From NCBI GenBank assembly GCA_030704615.1, contig CM060733.1:73160001-73224000 (forward strand): a stretch of DNA of 64,000 nucleotides, read 5' to 3'. Position 1 is the stretch's first letter, and the number at the start of each line of letters is the position of its first letter. Source of the DNA: Takakia lepidozioides (taxonomy: Eukaryota > Plantae > Bryophyta). The notes under the pieces were generated by a model that was not told the origin of the DNA, ran no database searches, and worked only from the letters and a program-made list of their open reading frames with translations. Of the stretch, positions 13,301 to 26,229 are shown one piece after another. Made by a program: the position numbers and the translations under genes.

Positions 13301-14660
13301 CCCTATGTGTCCTTCCTGGATGTTTTTTGGGGGTTTGAAAATCCACTATGTGTCCTTCCTGGATGTTTTATTGGGGTTTGAAAATTCTTGACCACCTCAG
13401 GCCTGGTCGAAGTACAATCAATGGATGACATTAACGACCGAAGCGATTAGTGATGTTCATGTAGACCAATTGTAAATTGGCCTCTCTTGTATCATATTTA
13501 ATTCACATTCTTTCCCTCCACAAAACCACGTAGATACACTATGTTGGTCATAAATATAAGCTAAAAATATTTACGTACATGTTTGTAATGAGAGCATTTA
13601 AGTAATTGTCGGCTCCCTTTACTTGCACATGATGGGTGTCATTTGATGGATATCGCATTCACATTTCCACCTCCATGTGTTTTACATAGCGCAGAGTCTT
13701 GGTGCCATTTTGCATCATTTGCTCTAGTTGCACGGCGTTGCCTTTATGGGAGTTGTTTGACATAATCACCTAAGTCGTAGCAGGCATCCATTGTGAGGAG
13801 ACGACGTTGACATCTAGATACATCAGATAACTTCTACAGAACCTCGGTGAGTCTTATCTCGAATGACATGATCCCCACCCAAAAAGTGGTGTGTACTTTG
13901 AACTGACAATCCTTTCGAAGTTTGGAAGGATCTAGTAGACCTGTGAAATCACGTGATTCTTTTTTTTCCCATTCTCAAGCCATATGACTGCGTGTGCAAG
14001 GTGCGTGCAAAATTTGGCAGTGAACAAAAGTCATCTGGACCCAAAACCATATTTTCCTCCATCATTTGCTCTCCAAGGTTGAGTTTTCTTCAACTTCATG
14101 CAGGGCCTACGACGTCGGGGGTGAATATTTTTTCTTGATGCTCGTCATTTGCAACTTTGCATATGTGATCTGAACATACTTAAGCACATGTGGACCAAAT
14201 ATGAGCTTGAACCAATGGGTCATTCGAGATTTCAACGAAACTACGTGTCGTGGAGACTAAATATTGCGTTTCATCTGCACATTTTTTTTTTAAATTCTAC
14301 TTTCAAGCCATATGTTTAATAACAACATATGCAATGTACGTGCAAAAATTGGGAATAAACAAAAGTCATCTAGACCCAAAACCGTATTTTCTTCCCTCAT
14401 TTGTACTCCAAAATTAAGTTCTCTACAACTTCATGCATTCTTTATAGAGAGTCTAAAAAAATGAGCAAAGATTTTTATTTTATTTTATTTATTTTTTGGG
14501 TCCAATATTTTGCACAGATGTAGTGGTGCAAAGGTTGAATTCACAAAAACAATTTGAGTAAAAACAAAAATCATTACGTACCAGAAATCCCCAATCCTAG
14601 ACCCCCCAGGCTAGAGTGTACTGCGACGTTCCAGCAATGTGCGGGAGTCGCAACGTCACC
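10358..14660. mobile_element. CACTA-like non-autonomous element with long internal inverted repeats; right terminus missing
   Basis: Starts CACTACTACA exactly where similarity to the gag copy stops. TGCGAC/GTCGCA subterminal repeats. ~10760-11430 is an imperfect inverted copy of ~13950-14650. Confidence 0.7.
11620..12175 (+). pseudogene. Two tandem captured fragments of a UPF1/SEN1-like SF1 helicase
   Basis: FNCVIIDEDTQQVEAE...KQIILVGDH, twice, resembles motifs II-III (VIIDEAxQ...LVGDxxQL) of DNA2/NAM7 helicases. Confidence 0.65.
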
Positions 14661-15541
14661 ATTTTCCCTTGGACGCCCAGCGGGCAGATAAGCCAAGGGA
14701 GACTCATTCTCCCCTCACTTCCTCTCTACACAGCTTATGTGTGCGTGACATGCAACTATTCCATGACACGTAATCACGTGGAGAAGGAGGCCATTGGCTG
14801 GGGGGGATTTTTTTGGGAAGTATATGATGACCCTAACATACTAGCAGAAGAAGGATGGGAGGATTTTCCGGAAGAGTTCAGGTGGCCGAGCACGAGATGC
14901 AAAAAATTCGTGAAATGGTATCACATCAATCGATTGTGGCCTAGACCTAGGCATGTGGTGCAAACCAGAAACAATTGCGCGGACTCCAGGTCTTGCATGA
15001 ACTTGCATTTTCAGCATAGGGCGATTGAGGTGCATTGCACATTGTGGGGTGAACCACTCTTAAAGGGCTAATCCCGTACACCTTGGCAGCCATGTTGTAC
15101 ATGGAGGTGATACTGTTGCGTCCAATGAATTGGCAAACTGCTAGTAGGAGGAACGCAACGATGAAATACCATTTCGTCGACATCTCGGACACGTTTGGAA
15201 CACCCCCGGTTACGATTGTTGTCAATATCATAGCGACAACAATTAGTAATCTGATTCACAAAGGAACCGCAAACAAAGTGCCAAAGCACTTGTGCACAAA
15301 ATCAAAGTGGGGCATATGGAAAACAGGAGGATGGAACCCTTACCCCATTCAGGCAGTCAAGGACTGGAGGTTTGGGAGTTGTCTTGCTGACTAGCAGCAC
15401 CACTTCTGCCCCTTCAGCTGGCGCAGATTGTTCGTGGCCAAGTACCTACACCCAAGAACATATGCTCCACACATTGGACTGGGTTCCACAAGTACCACTC
15501 ACAAATGAATCCTCGATAAGCCAAAGCATATTGGGCAATTA

Positions 15542-18352
15542 GTGGTCAAGCATACCACAACAGTAGGATGTCACATGGTGAACACACAAGGAGAACCAAA
15601 TATTTCGAGAACGGAAGATCCGGAGGAAGAAGCAATGGACACACCTCAACACCTTGCCCGTTTCTATCAAGAAATGGAAGAGGACATTCAAATCAGTGAA
15701 GTACCTGCCACGATTGCAACCATCGGACAAAAGATTGCAGGATGGACAGTAACGGAAGAAACTCAATTGATTCAAGTGAATCTAGGAACAGTGGAAGAAC
15801 CACAGATAATACGAGTAAGTGCAGGTCTTGAAAAATCATTTCTACAAGAAGCCACTGCATTATTCAGTGAATACAAGGATGTATTTGCCTTGAACTACAA
15901 AGATTTGAAGGGTATACCTTCTAACATCTGTTAGCACCGAATTGCATTAGAAGTTGACACAAAACCAATTCGTCAGAACCGTTACAGAATGAACCCCAAC
16001 TATGCAGCTAAAGTTTGGGAAGAAATCAAGAAATTACTGGATGCAGGATTCATATACCCAGTAGAGACACCACAATGGTTGTCGCCCATTGTGATAGTAC
16101 CCAAGAAAAATGGAAAACTACAAGTATGTGTGGACTACCGCAAGTTAAACACAGGAACCAAGAAAGACCCCTTTCCACTACCTTTCACTGAAATAGTGTT
16201 GGACACAGTGGCCGGACATGAGATGTACTCATTCATGGATGGGTTTAGTGGGTACAATCAAGTACAGATGGCAGAAGAAGACCGAGAAAAGACCACATTG
16301 GAGCCTATGCTTACAAGGTCATGCCATTTGGACTTTGTAACGCACCAGCCACGTTTCAGCGAGCAGTATCTGAGATATTCAAGAATTATCTCAACGATTT
16401 TATGCAGGTATTTTTGGATGATTTCAGCGTCTTCGGACAGAAATCCAAACACTTGGCACAGTTAAAACTTTGCTTACAAGCCTGTAGAAACAATGGAGTA
16501 AGTCTCAACCCGGAAAAAATGTACATTTTGTGTGAATTCAGGATTATTGTTGGGACACATTGTGTGCCAACAGGGAATTCTGGTGGATCCAAAGAAAGTG
16601 GAGGTTATCCAGAAAATACCACCACCAGAGAATCCCAAGAAACTCAAGAGATTTCTGGGACAGACGAGCTATTACAGAAGGTACATGGACAAATATGCTC
16701 ACAGAGCGGCACCAGTCTATAGACTGCTGAAGCAAGATGTCGAATACCGATGGTCTTCAGCTTGCCAGGAATCATTTGATTCACTAAAAAGAGCGCTCAT
16801 AGCAGCACCAATTCTAATAAATCCAAGATGGGACCATTTCATGTACACAGTGATGCATCAGGCATTGCTTTGGGAGCAGTTTTAGCTCAGAATGTGACAG
16901 GCACAATAGATTCACCAATCTATAATGCAAGCAGATTGTTGACAGCAGCCGAGAAGAACTATAGCACCACAAAAAGGGAAGCATTGACAATGATTTATGT
17001 TGTTCAAAAGTTTCGGCATTATTTACTTGGCAATCACTTTAAGTTTATTGTTGATCATCGGGCTCTAGTTCATTTAGCAAATCGACCACTAGCTAGTGGC
17101 AGGGTTGCTCGATGGTTATTACTTCTTCATGAGTATGATTTTGAAGTTGTTCATAAACCAGGGAGATTACATGTTACATCAGATCATCTGTCAAGGATTA
17201 CTACAGGAGAACCAGCCACGGGGGTAGAGGATCAACTTCCTGACGCATTTCTGTTTGCTGTTCAACCAGAAGCACCAGATGAAGAGACAGATCATATAGA
17301 CGCTCTGGAAATGTTTCAAGGAGACTATGACCTTCCAGATGCTCTTAAACTCATGGATGACACTGATGAAGAAGAGGATTCATCAGATGAAGATGAACCT
17401 CTTGATGAAGGACCTATTATCGAGGAAGAGCCAGATCCAGAAGAAGAAAATGACAAGGAAAACGAAGAAACAAACAATCAAGAATTGGCGAATATCAGTA
17501 TTGGAGCTTATACAGTCACCAAAGAAGAATCAGAAGACATTCAGGATCAAGATCAAAATGATTGGCAATGGCCAATCAAATACTATCTACACACAGGGAA
17601 ATTCCCTGAAGACTATACCAAAGATGACAGGAGGAAGCTTTGAATGAAAAGCAAGCCATACACAGTAATCAAGGGGATTCTGTACAAAAGAGGAATTGAC
17701 TCCATAATGAGAATATATGTAAACAAAGAGCAAGCCAAAACAGTAATGCAAGAACTACACAAAGGAATTGCAGGAGGACACTTCAGTTTGGACCTGACAG
17801 CAAAGAAAATATTATTAGCGGGCTACTGGTGGCCTACTGTATTTGGAGACACTTATGAACACTGTCAATAGTGTGATGTCTGCCAGAGGATGGGACCAGT
17901 AGAACGAACGGGGAAGGGGACTCTGCACCCAATACTACCAGCAGAACCATTTCAGCGCTGGGGGCTAGACTTCGTGGGACCCATCAAACCTCCAGCAAGG
18001 TACACACAAAACCAATACATCCTCACAGCCACTGACTACACTACCAAATGGGTAGAGGCCAAGGCACTAAGAGACAACACTGCCAGATCGACAGCCAAAT
18101 TCTTATATGAAAACATCATCACACGATTTGGTTGCCCACTCGAATTCGTCAGTGATCAGGGATCACATTTTATAAATGATGCCATAAAATGCTTGACAGA
18201 GGAGTTCATGATCGTACATCACAAGAGTACTGCTTACTATCCTCAAGGAAACGGCCAGGCCGAATCTACCAACAAGATATTATGCACTATCTTAACCAAG
18301 ATAGTAAATGCTAATCGTACAGATTGGGACACCAAATTGAACACAACACTAT
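15542..18352 (+). mobile_element. Degenerate Ty3/Gypsy pol (RT, RNase H, integrase)
   Basis: WLSPIVIVPKKNG, CVDYRKLN, MDGFSGYNQV, MPFGLCNAPATFQR, FLDD; DASG/NYSTT RNase H; H..GGHF Zn domain; [25 protein letters not shown] integrase. RT-RH-INT order, truncated at 18352. Confidence 0.95.
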
Positions 18353-18812
18353 AGACCTCAATGCACTCATCTTCCTCGTCGGAAATGTCGAATACGTCCA
18401 CACGAGAAGCTATGGAGGGTCTTGACGGTCCAGGTCGGGAATGATTATCGTTGCATACCTCTCTGTTGGCAGTGGCCGCCTGTCGGTTTCCCGACTCCTT
18501 TGTGGATGGTGTGGGCAGCGACTGATTCGGAAAGGGAATGGGCATTCCCACAGTTCGGTACAGGATGGTGTCTGATGGGGGTACGTGCCATTCGATTCCG
18601 CAACCTCCGTCGTTACCTAGCAGGACAATGGTCTCGTCAACCTGTCCAGGAACATCCTTCCTTTCTTCTTCCAAATAAACTGTGCCCGGTTTGAGCTTGA
18701 ATTTGGAACAAAGGTAAGTTTCAGTCACTCTGCAAAGTCCTCCCTCGTTTGGGATCCAGGCTCTCCCAAGTTGCGCAAGACAACAAACTATAGCATAGGA
18801 ATTCGGAGCCAT
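18353..18812 (-). pseudogene. 5' stub of the Mutator-like transposase (copy A)
   Basis: MAPNSYAIVCC...DISDEEDECIEV is almost identical to the start of the 57244 ORF and is fused to the Gypsy integrase. Confidence 0.85.
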
Positions 18813-19262
18813 CGAACACCGCACGAAGTTGGCAAGTGCGAGGTTCAGTATAGCGGCAGACCAAGGCTCACAGGCACCATCTAAGTGGGATCTGCGGAGT
18901 TCATCGACGATTGGAAGTCGCACATTGAAGTGGAAAGTATTGTTTCAAGCTATATGCATGAAGGTGGGAGGTGACGGATATGTGATATGTTTAGGTGACG
19001 GATATGTGATTCCATAACGGATATGTAACATCTCCTGACAGTTTCTCCTTAGGGTGGATCAACCAGTATTCGTGGTGCAGACATGAACGTTTGCACTGAC
19101 AAGAGCCAGGACTGTTAGCTAAAACGGTTAGACAACCAAGTTGTGCTCATTAAGACAGGCCGCAATTGTGTTGTTTCGGAACAAAGCAACCCATTGCACA
19201 TGGCTGAATGGGAATGCGGTCCCGCATCTCAGTTCGACATCATCCTCTCGTTGATTGTGATC

Positions 19263-21395
19263 GGAAATGCAGCACTGCATTTTCATCAACAGGGAAACCA
19301 AAATACTGGTGCAACGGAAATGCGGTACCAAATTTCAGTCCACCGTAAAAGCAGGCCCATGGTGGAACGGAAATGCGGTATCGCATTTAGGTCCAACGGG
19401 ACTAGGAACACACGGTAGAAAATAATAGCGCATTGTCATCGACTAGGACACTTTGGATAGGCAAGAACGGAAATGCGGTGCCGAATTTCCGTCCGGTCTA
19501 TTTTAATGGAATCCAGTGGACGGAAATGAGGTTCCGCATTTCCGTCCGGTGTGCTACTTTTGATTGCTGTTGGATGGAAATACGGCGTCGCATTTCCGTT
19601 TTGCATCTTAGTCCAGTGCGACGGAAATGCGGCACAACATTTCCGTCCGAGGGAAACCTTTATACTCTCCAGAACGGAAATGCGGTGTCGCATTTCCGAC
19701 CAACAAGTACGGTATGTGACAGTGGAACGGAAATGCGGTACCACTTTTCCGTTCTGATTGAAAATCATGAACCACTGGAACTGAAATGCGGCACAACATT
19801 TCCGTCCGAGTCGCACCTTCCGACATTCCACAACGGAAATGAGGCGCCGCATTTCCGTTTTGTATCTCAGGCATGGAGCTGTGGGACGGAAATGCGGCAC
19901 CGCATTTCCGTCCAGGTGAGACCTTCATACTCTCCAGAACCGAAATGCGGCACGACATTTCTGTTCAACAACTAAGGTATGTGAAGGCCAAACAGAAATA
20001 TGGTACCGCATTTCCGTTCTGATTGAAAATCATGAACCACTGGAACTGAAATGCAGCACAGCATTTCCGTCCAAGTCGCAACCTTCCGACATTCCACAAC
20101 GGAAATTCGGCGCCGCATTTCCGTTTTGTATCTTAGGCATGGAGCTGTGGGAGGGAAATGCGGCACCGAATTTCCGTCCGGGTGAGACCTTCATACTCTC
20201 CAGAACGTAAATACGGCACGACATTTCCGTTCAACAACTAAGGTATGTGAAGGTGGAACGGAAATGTGGTACCGCATTTCCATTCTGATTGAAAATCATA
20301 AACCACTGAAACTGAAATGCGGCACCGCATTTCCGTCCGAGTCGCACCTTCCGACATTCCAAAACGAAAATGCGGCGCCGCATTTCCGTTTTCTATCTGT
20401 GGCATGGTGCTGTGGGCGGGAAATGCGGCACCGCATTTCCGTCTGGGGGAGACCTTCATACTCTCCAGAACGGAAATGCGGTACCGCATTTCCGTTCTGA
20501 CTGAAAATCGTGAACCACCGGAACTGAAATGCGGCACCGCATTTCCGTCCGAGTCGCACCTTCCGACATTCCAGAACGGAAATGCGGCGCCGTATTTCCG
20601 TTTTGTATCTCAGGCATGGAGGTGTGGGACAGAATGCGGCACCGCATTTCCGTCTGGGGGAGACCTTCATACTCTCCAGAACGGAAATGCGGTACCGCAT
20701 TTCCGTTCTGACTGAAAATCGTGAACCACCGGAACTGAAATGCGGCACCGCATTTCCGTCCGAGTTGCACCTTCTGATATTCCAGAACTGAAATGCGGCG
20801 CCGCATTTCCGTTTTGTATCTGAGGCATGGAGTTGTGGGAGGGAAGTGCGGCACCGCATTTCCGTCCGAGGGAGACCTTCATACTCTCCAGAACGGAAAT
20901 GCGTTACCGCATTTCCATTCTGACTGAAAATCGTCAACCACCGGAACTGAAATCCGGCACCGCATTTCCGTCCGAGTCGCACCTTCCGACATTCCAGAAC
21001 GGAAATGCGGCGCCGCATTTCGGTTTTGTATCTCAGGCATGGAGGTGTGGGACGGAAATGCGGCACCGCATTTCCGTCCGGGGGAGACCTTCATACTCTC
21101 CAGAACGGAAATGCGGTACCGCATTTCCGTTCTGACTGAAAATCGTGAACCACCGGAACTGAAATCCGGCACCGCATTTCCGTCCGAGTCGCACCTTCTG
21201 ACATTCCAGAACGAAAATGCGGCGCCGCATTTCCATTTTGTATCTCAGGCACGGAAATGTGGGACGGAAATGCGGTGCCGCATTTCCATCCGTGTGAGAC
21301 CTTCATACTCTCCAGACCGGAAATGCGGCACCGCATTTCCGTTCAACAACTAAGGTATGTGAAGGTGGAACGCAAATGCGGCGCCGCATTTGCGT
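19263..21395. repeat. Array of ~40 22-bp palindromes GGAAATGCGG(C/T)(A/G)CCGCATTTCC, 53-bp period
   Basis: Starts at 19263, 19316, 19369 ... 19623, 19676, 19729, 19782, 19835, 19888, 19941, 19994, 20047. The ~31-bp spacers recur as 4-5-unit higher-order blocks (~212 bp). Count estimated by hand. Confidence 0.95.
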
Positions 21396-21834
21396 TTTCA
21401 CTCTAACTCATCAGACGCTGGGATGGAAATGCCATGATATGTGAACACGTGGACCAATGGACATGCGGCACATATCTGCACTCTTTGTGACTGAAGTGGC
21501 AGGAGGCGGCGCGGCGCGGCCGGACCGTTGGTTAATGATATTTGTTTTTCGGACGGCAGGCGTACCCTTGGCGATTCGAATTTTGTAATGACGCATAGTC
21601 CACGAGGAAACACTTTCGTCCAAGCCTTTCGAACCCAAGTGGTGCATCACCGCTGTTTTATCCTCTTTTGTCGTGTTTACTCAGTCACCCCTCTGGCGCC
21701 CTTTCCATCTGCACTCTTCGCCCCTTTTCCCTCTTTCTGTTCTTCTTTTGCTCAAACCTGAGAGGGAGGGAGTTCGTGCACCAGAGAAGAGACATCGTCG
21801 CAAGCTCCAAAAATTGTACTTCGGACGTAGTCCA

Positions 21835-24800
21835 ATGCCAAAGGGGAGGAAGGAGATGCGTCTACAGGAGGAGATTGCCATCGCGCAGCAGAAGGCCACG
21901 CAGGCAACCCAGCCACCAGTGAGAGCTCCGTGCTATCGGGATGCGCGTTGCTGATCGAGCACCGAAACCCCCCTCTTTTTTCTTCTGAAATTCTTAGACT
22001 GTATGCTAGGAGACTTGAATGCAGAAGATGTTTGCATGCCTAACCGGAAAGGTGGATGTGCTAGAGGGATCGCAGGAATCCGAAGAGCTGCAGGAAGAGT
22101 CCGTGGAGCTAGCTGCAGCACGCACACCCAGCCGATCCACGAGCACGGGTCTTCCTGCCGGGCCTAGCCCTGTGCGTTTCAAGGACGCGGCTTCGAAGGG
22201 CAAGTCTTTGCAGTTCAAAGCCCCAGAGAGCGACTCGCGTTCGAAGGTCATGGAGAATCGCCAGCAGGGGTCGGGCCCTTCTCCAGCAAAGGCGAAGAAG
22301 AAGCGGCCCGTCCTTCAACTGGTTTCTGAACCGGACCAGGCCGTTTCCCCCCCACCCAGGCGAATGAAGCAGAAGGGTACAGGGCAGATTCAATTGCAGC
22401 AGACACCTTCACCTGCAAGAATGAGGAAGCACAAGGCAATCAGGGGGAGGGCGGAGCAGTCTCCCGCAAAACTGATTCCACGAGCTGAAGCCCAGTTCCT
22501 GCTTGATTTGCAGCCTGGTGATGTTGGGGGCGTCTCTGCTGCAGCAAAGGCAATGGGATTGACCGATTTTGTCGATCTGGTACCGGTCATTTCGGTTTCC
22601 AATCTGTTTTGTTTCCATGCTTCCGTGGACTAAACTGGAGAGTGTGCCTTGCAGGGTCACTGAAAATGCGTACGTGCATACCCACATGGCACATATGCTA
22701 TACATGGTGAGGAAAACTGGTCTCACTGATCCGCACACGTTTGTGGAAATGCTGGAGCCCGAGCTCATTCAGAAAGCCGTGGCAAAAACTGACCGGACAT
22801 GGTATCGTCTCACTATGGATGGAATGGTGGAGGTGATATACGAAGTAAGTTGTCCTCCCATTTCCCTCTGCTCATCCTTCCCCAATTTTCAGTAATCTTT
22901 CCACATGAATCGAATGTAACGCTTCTGCATGTTTTTGTTGGCAGTCAAACATCAAGCTGGATTTGGCCCATGCCAAACGCTTCTTCATGGAAAGTGAGGG
23001 GCACGTCAAAACGTTGCAGTCATTGACTGAGCACTTGAAGGAAGCCGGGGTCAAGTCCAGAACGAAATACAAGTCAAAGCTTGTGAAGCTGGTGGCCATT
23101 GCAGATCCGGCACTTGGAAAGGACTTCATCCCCGAGATTGCAAAACACTATTCTCGGGCCATGCAGCCGACCATGCAGTTCGAGAAACTGATCACCTCTC
23201 AACGACATGTGTTGAGGCGAAAGAGAAGGTGAGGTTTCAATGCACTGAAGTTCCTTCCTAGCAATAGCCACTCTTCTTCCTGCTCCTGACATTGGATCGG
23301 AAATGGCAGACACGGTGGTTGTCGATCTGGAATGCATCGGAGAGTATAAGGACAATGTGGTCTTTTCCACTCGAAGTTTCCGACCCTGCAGTGGATGTGT
23401 GGCTCAACCGCATGACTTGGTGGTTCCAGGTAATTCAAGGTACTTCCCCCGATTTGCTTTTCTGAAATGAATTCCCTGAATTGCTACGTGACAATGCATG
23501 TGGGAATCGCAGGTAATGACGAATGCGAAGGAGCAAGTCGTAATGCATACAAATTCGTTCGGCTTGTACGTCAAATGGGATGGAACACAGACATTGGAAG
23601 ACTACGTGACACGTTTCAGATGTGCGGACAAGGACAACCTCTTTGCCAGGGAGCTGCAGACAGCAAGAAGGAGCGTGGAGTTTACACATCAGGAGGGAGC
23701 AAGAAAAGCTGCAATGCAAATTGTTTACAGGTGAAGCCCAGCTGCCCTTGTATGCAAAGCCTGGTTATGAGGTTTGTCTGGGAAATGCGGCACCGCATTC
23801 GCATTTTATGTTTTCGGTTGCACTCTGCGAGTACGTTGGTCTCAACTTTTGCTCACGCATGCTGACTGCCCTGCAGGTATATGAAATACGTGCTTCTTCA
23901 GACAGGGGCCCTGGCTCAAGAGCCCCCGTTCTTCATGGCTTGGACCGTGGCGGGCCCAAGCTGTGTCTACACTCCCGAGATGCAGAAACAATGGCATGCC
24001 GCACATCTCGTTGGATGCCTGTGGTACCTGGATATGTCTGGCGGAATTGTTGACGAGTCTGAGAAAGATCTGCATGCGAAAGCAGAAGAGAAGAGAAAGG
24101 AATGACGTGTCTCTGCTGGGCCAGAGTCGGCAAAGGAAGTTGCTGCTCTGGAACAATCCAGAAAGGCAGTTGAGATGGCACAGAAGACGGTGGATGCAGC
24201 TGTGCAGGCTCAACAGAAGGGGTCGAAGAAGAGGACTCGCCAGCAAGGAGCAGCAATTGTGACACCCAAGAAAACGAAGAAGCAGAAACAGATAGAGCAG
24301 GAAGAGGGTGACGAAGAGGACTCCGATGGAGACTTTGCAACCAGCCCACCCCCCAAACGCAGCCGAAATCCCCTGTGCCCACCGTTGTCATGAGAGGGAC
24401 GAAAACAGGCTCGGCAAAGAAGGCACTCTTCAACCCCCCGGGGGGGCACCCTTTCGAGCCGGTGGAAATGAAGAGGCCGAAAGTGGATCCCGATACAGTA
24501 GTCCAGTGTGTAAATGAGAGTTTCTTGGTGGCTTTGGATGGACGGGCAGCCAAGTTGGCATACATGAAGACCATGGAGGGTCTGAAGGGCAGAGCACTGA
24601 AGAAGGCGGCTGCCGAAGAGCCTTCCGACACCCCTGGGTTTCTGAAGATGGTCTCGTTCTTTGAGAGGGTGTGTGCAGACAAGGATTGTAGGAGGGGCGG
24701 AAATGCCACCGAGTGGTCTTGCGATATGATCATCTTGGATATTCCGGACGGAGAGCCTGTGGAAGGACTGCAAGCTTTGCCATCTTGGAACAGGTACTCC

Positions 24801-26229
24801 GAGGACTTTTGGAAGAAAGGATTCGGGCTTGCCCGCATGGTGTTGGACGACAGAGGCTGTGTGGTTGTCCTGGCGAGCAGAGGCAAAAACACGCAGACAG
24901 GAATTGCGAAGTGGACCCACAAGAGCACCGTCCCAATTCTGAAGAAGAAGTGGACGCGCATCAACACATTGGGCCTTTGGTCGGAAGGGAAGAAGATAAT
25001 TACGACATTGGCATTCGTCCTTTCATTTTCTTAGGTGTTTTGAAATGCGGTGCCGCATTCGATTTCTAATCGTTCCCCACTGTGTATGCAAATGAAGCAG
25101 TTCGATGCATACTGCTTTGTGAAGGAGAACTCGACCTTTGCTTTCCGGAAGGAGGGATTGTTGGTTGACCCGAACTGCGACCCCATCGATTACGACGTCC
25201 TGTTCAACAACGTTCCCACGGAACTTCTCCCTCATAGCCTCACTTCAATGGAACCCCTGCGGTATTCACGGACTCGGAGCCCTGCCTTCATTCAGACAAT
25301 TATGGAGACATGCACTGACGTGGAGGGCACAGTGCTTGACCTCATCTGTGGGACAAGTATGCAGAATCTTGTTCTATGCTGTTCTGCAAATTCTCGTTAT
25401 GCTTTAATTCGCAACATTTGAAGGGCCATGTTATAATGTGTGGATGGCATTGTAACAGGTGCCTCAATGTGGGCTGGGCGGTTTTCCAACCGGCACCTCT
25501 TTGCCTACGAAGAGGACACATCCGTCTGGGGATCCCATCTGGAAGGGCTTCAACGGAATGTGAAGGCTCCCATCGAAGCCAAAGACTCCTCGGATTCGTC
25601 GGAGTCGGAGGAAGAGACAGTGGACATTGATGCCGAGGAGAACCCGGAATACGAGTGAGTGCAAACATTGTAAGTTTGCAAAGCCTTCTGGGTGATTTTT
25701 TGTCAAACGCATTTCCGGACTGTGGTTCTCATTGGTCTCGTTGGTGATTGTTATGTGCAGGATTCCAGGATCTGGGTCGAAACATGTAGGGCCTACACTT
25801 CCTGCCAGGAAGAATGTCCCGTTCTTTGCGAGGGCCGACTTCATGACGAGCCCGGTGAAGGACTACTCCCTTCCTAGTTATGCAGCTAAACTCGCAAATA
25901 CAGCAATTAGACGATGTGAGAATCCTAGTAAAGTAGAGCAAATTTTGGAGAGGGCTAGGGAGGACAGAAGGATAAGGAAAGAGTTGGCAGCACCTGAGAC
26001 AGGTAGACAGGTGCGAAAGTTCATATGTGATTCAGCGGATGAGAGCGATGCAGACAGGGAGGACGACGACCCAACGGAGGTGAGATGGTCAGTTCCGCAA
26101 GGGGAAGATGGGATTTTTGAAAGCCTGGCCAACGAGCAGTCCGCTGGAGATGGGAAAGGCAATGACGGGGTGGAGGCGGAGCAGGACAGTCAAGGACAGG
26201 ACGACGATACTGATGATTTTCAAGATTAA
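21835..26229 (+). pseudogene. Gene B copy A: multi-exon protein with C-terminal beta-class N4C/N6A methyltransferase-like fold; ParB exon deleted
   Basis: GT-AG introns; DMIILDIPDG, ARMVLDDRGCVVV, RSPAFIQTIMETCTDVEGTVLDLICGT|GASMWAGRFSNRHLFAYEED. ~720 bp is missing at ~22586 relative to copy B. Confidence 0.7.

Noticed and set aside
19433-21353. Many overlapping ORFs with EMRHRIS/KCGTAF/GNAAPHF repeats (also at 26.2-27.7, 55-57 and 61.5-63 kb)
   Set aside because: They are translations of the palindrome on both strands.
19263-21395. CRISPR array (22-bp palindromic repeat plus ~31-bp spacers)
   Set aside because: Spacers recur in higher-order blocks, repeats are degenerate, there are no cas genes and the context is an intron-containing eukaryotic locus. 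The same applies to the other arrays.
23933-24967. 344-aa minus-strand ORF, and the 385-aa plus ORF at 51169-52326
   Set aside because: Antisense shadows of gene B exons.
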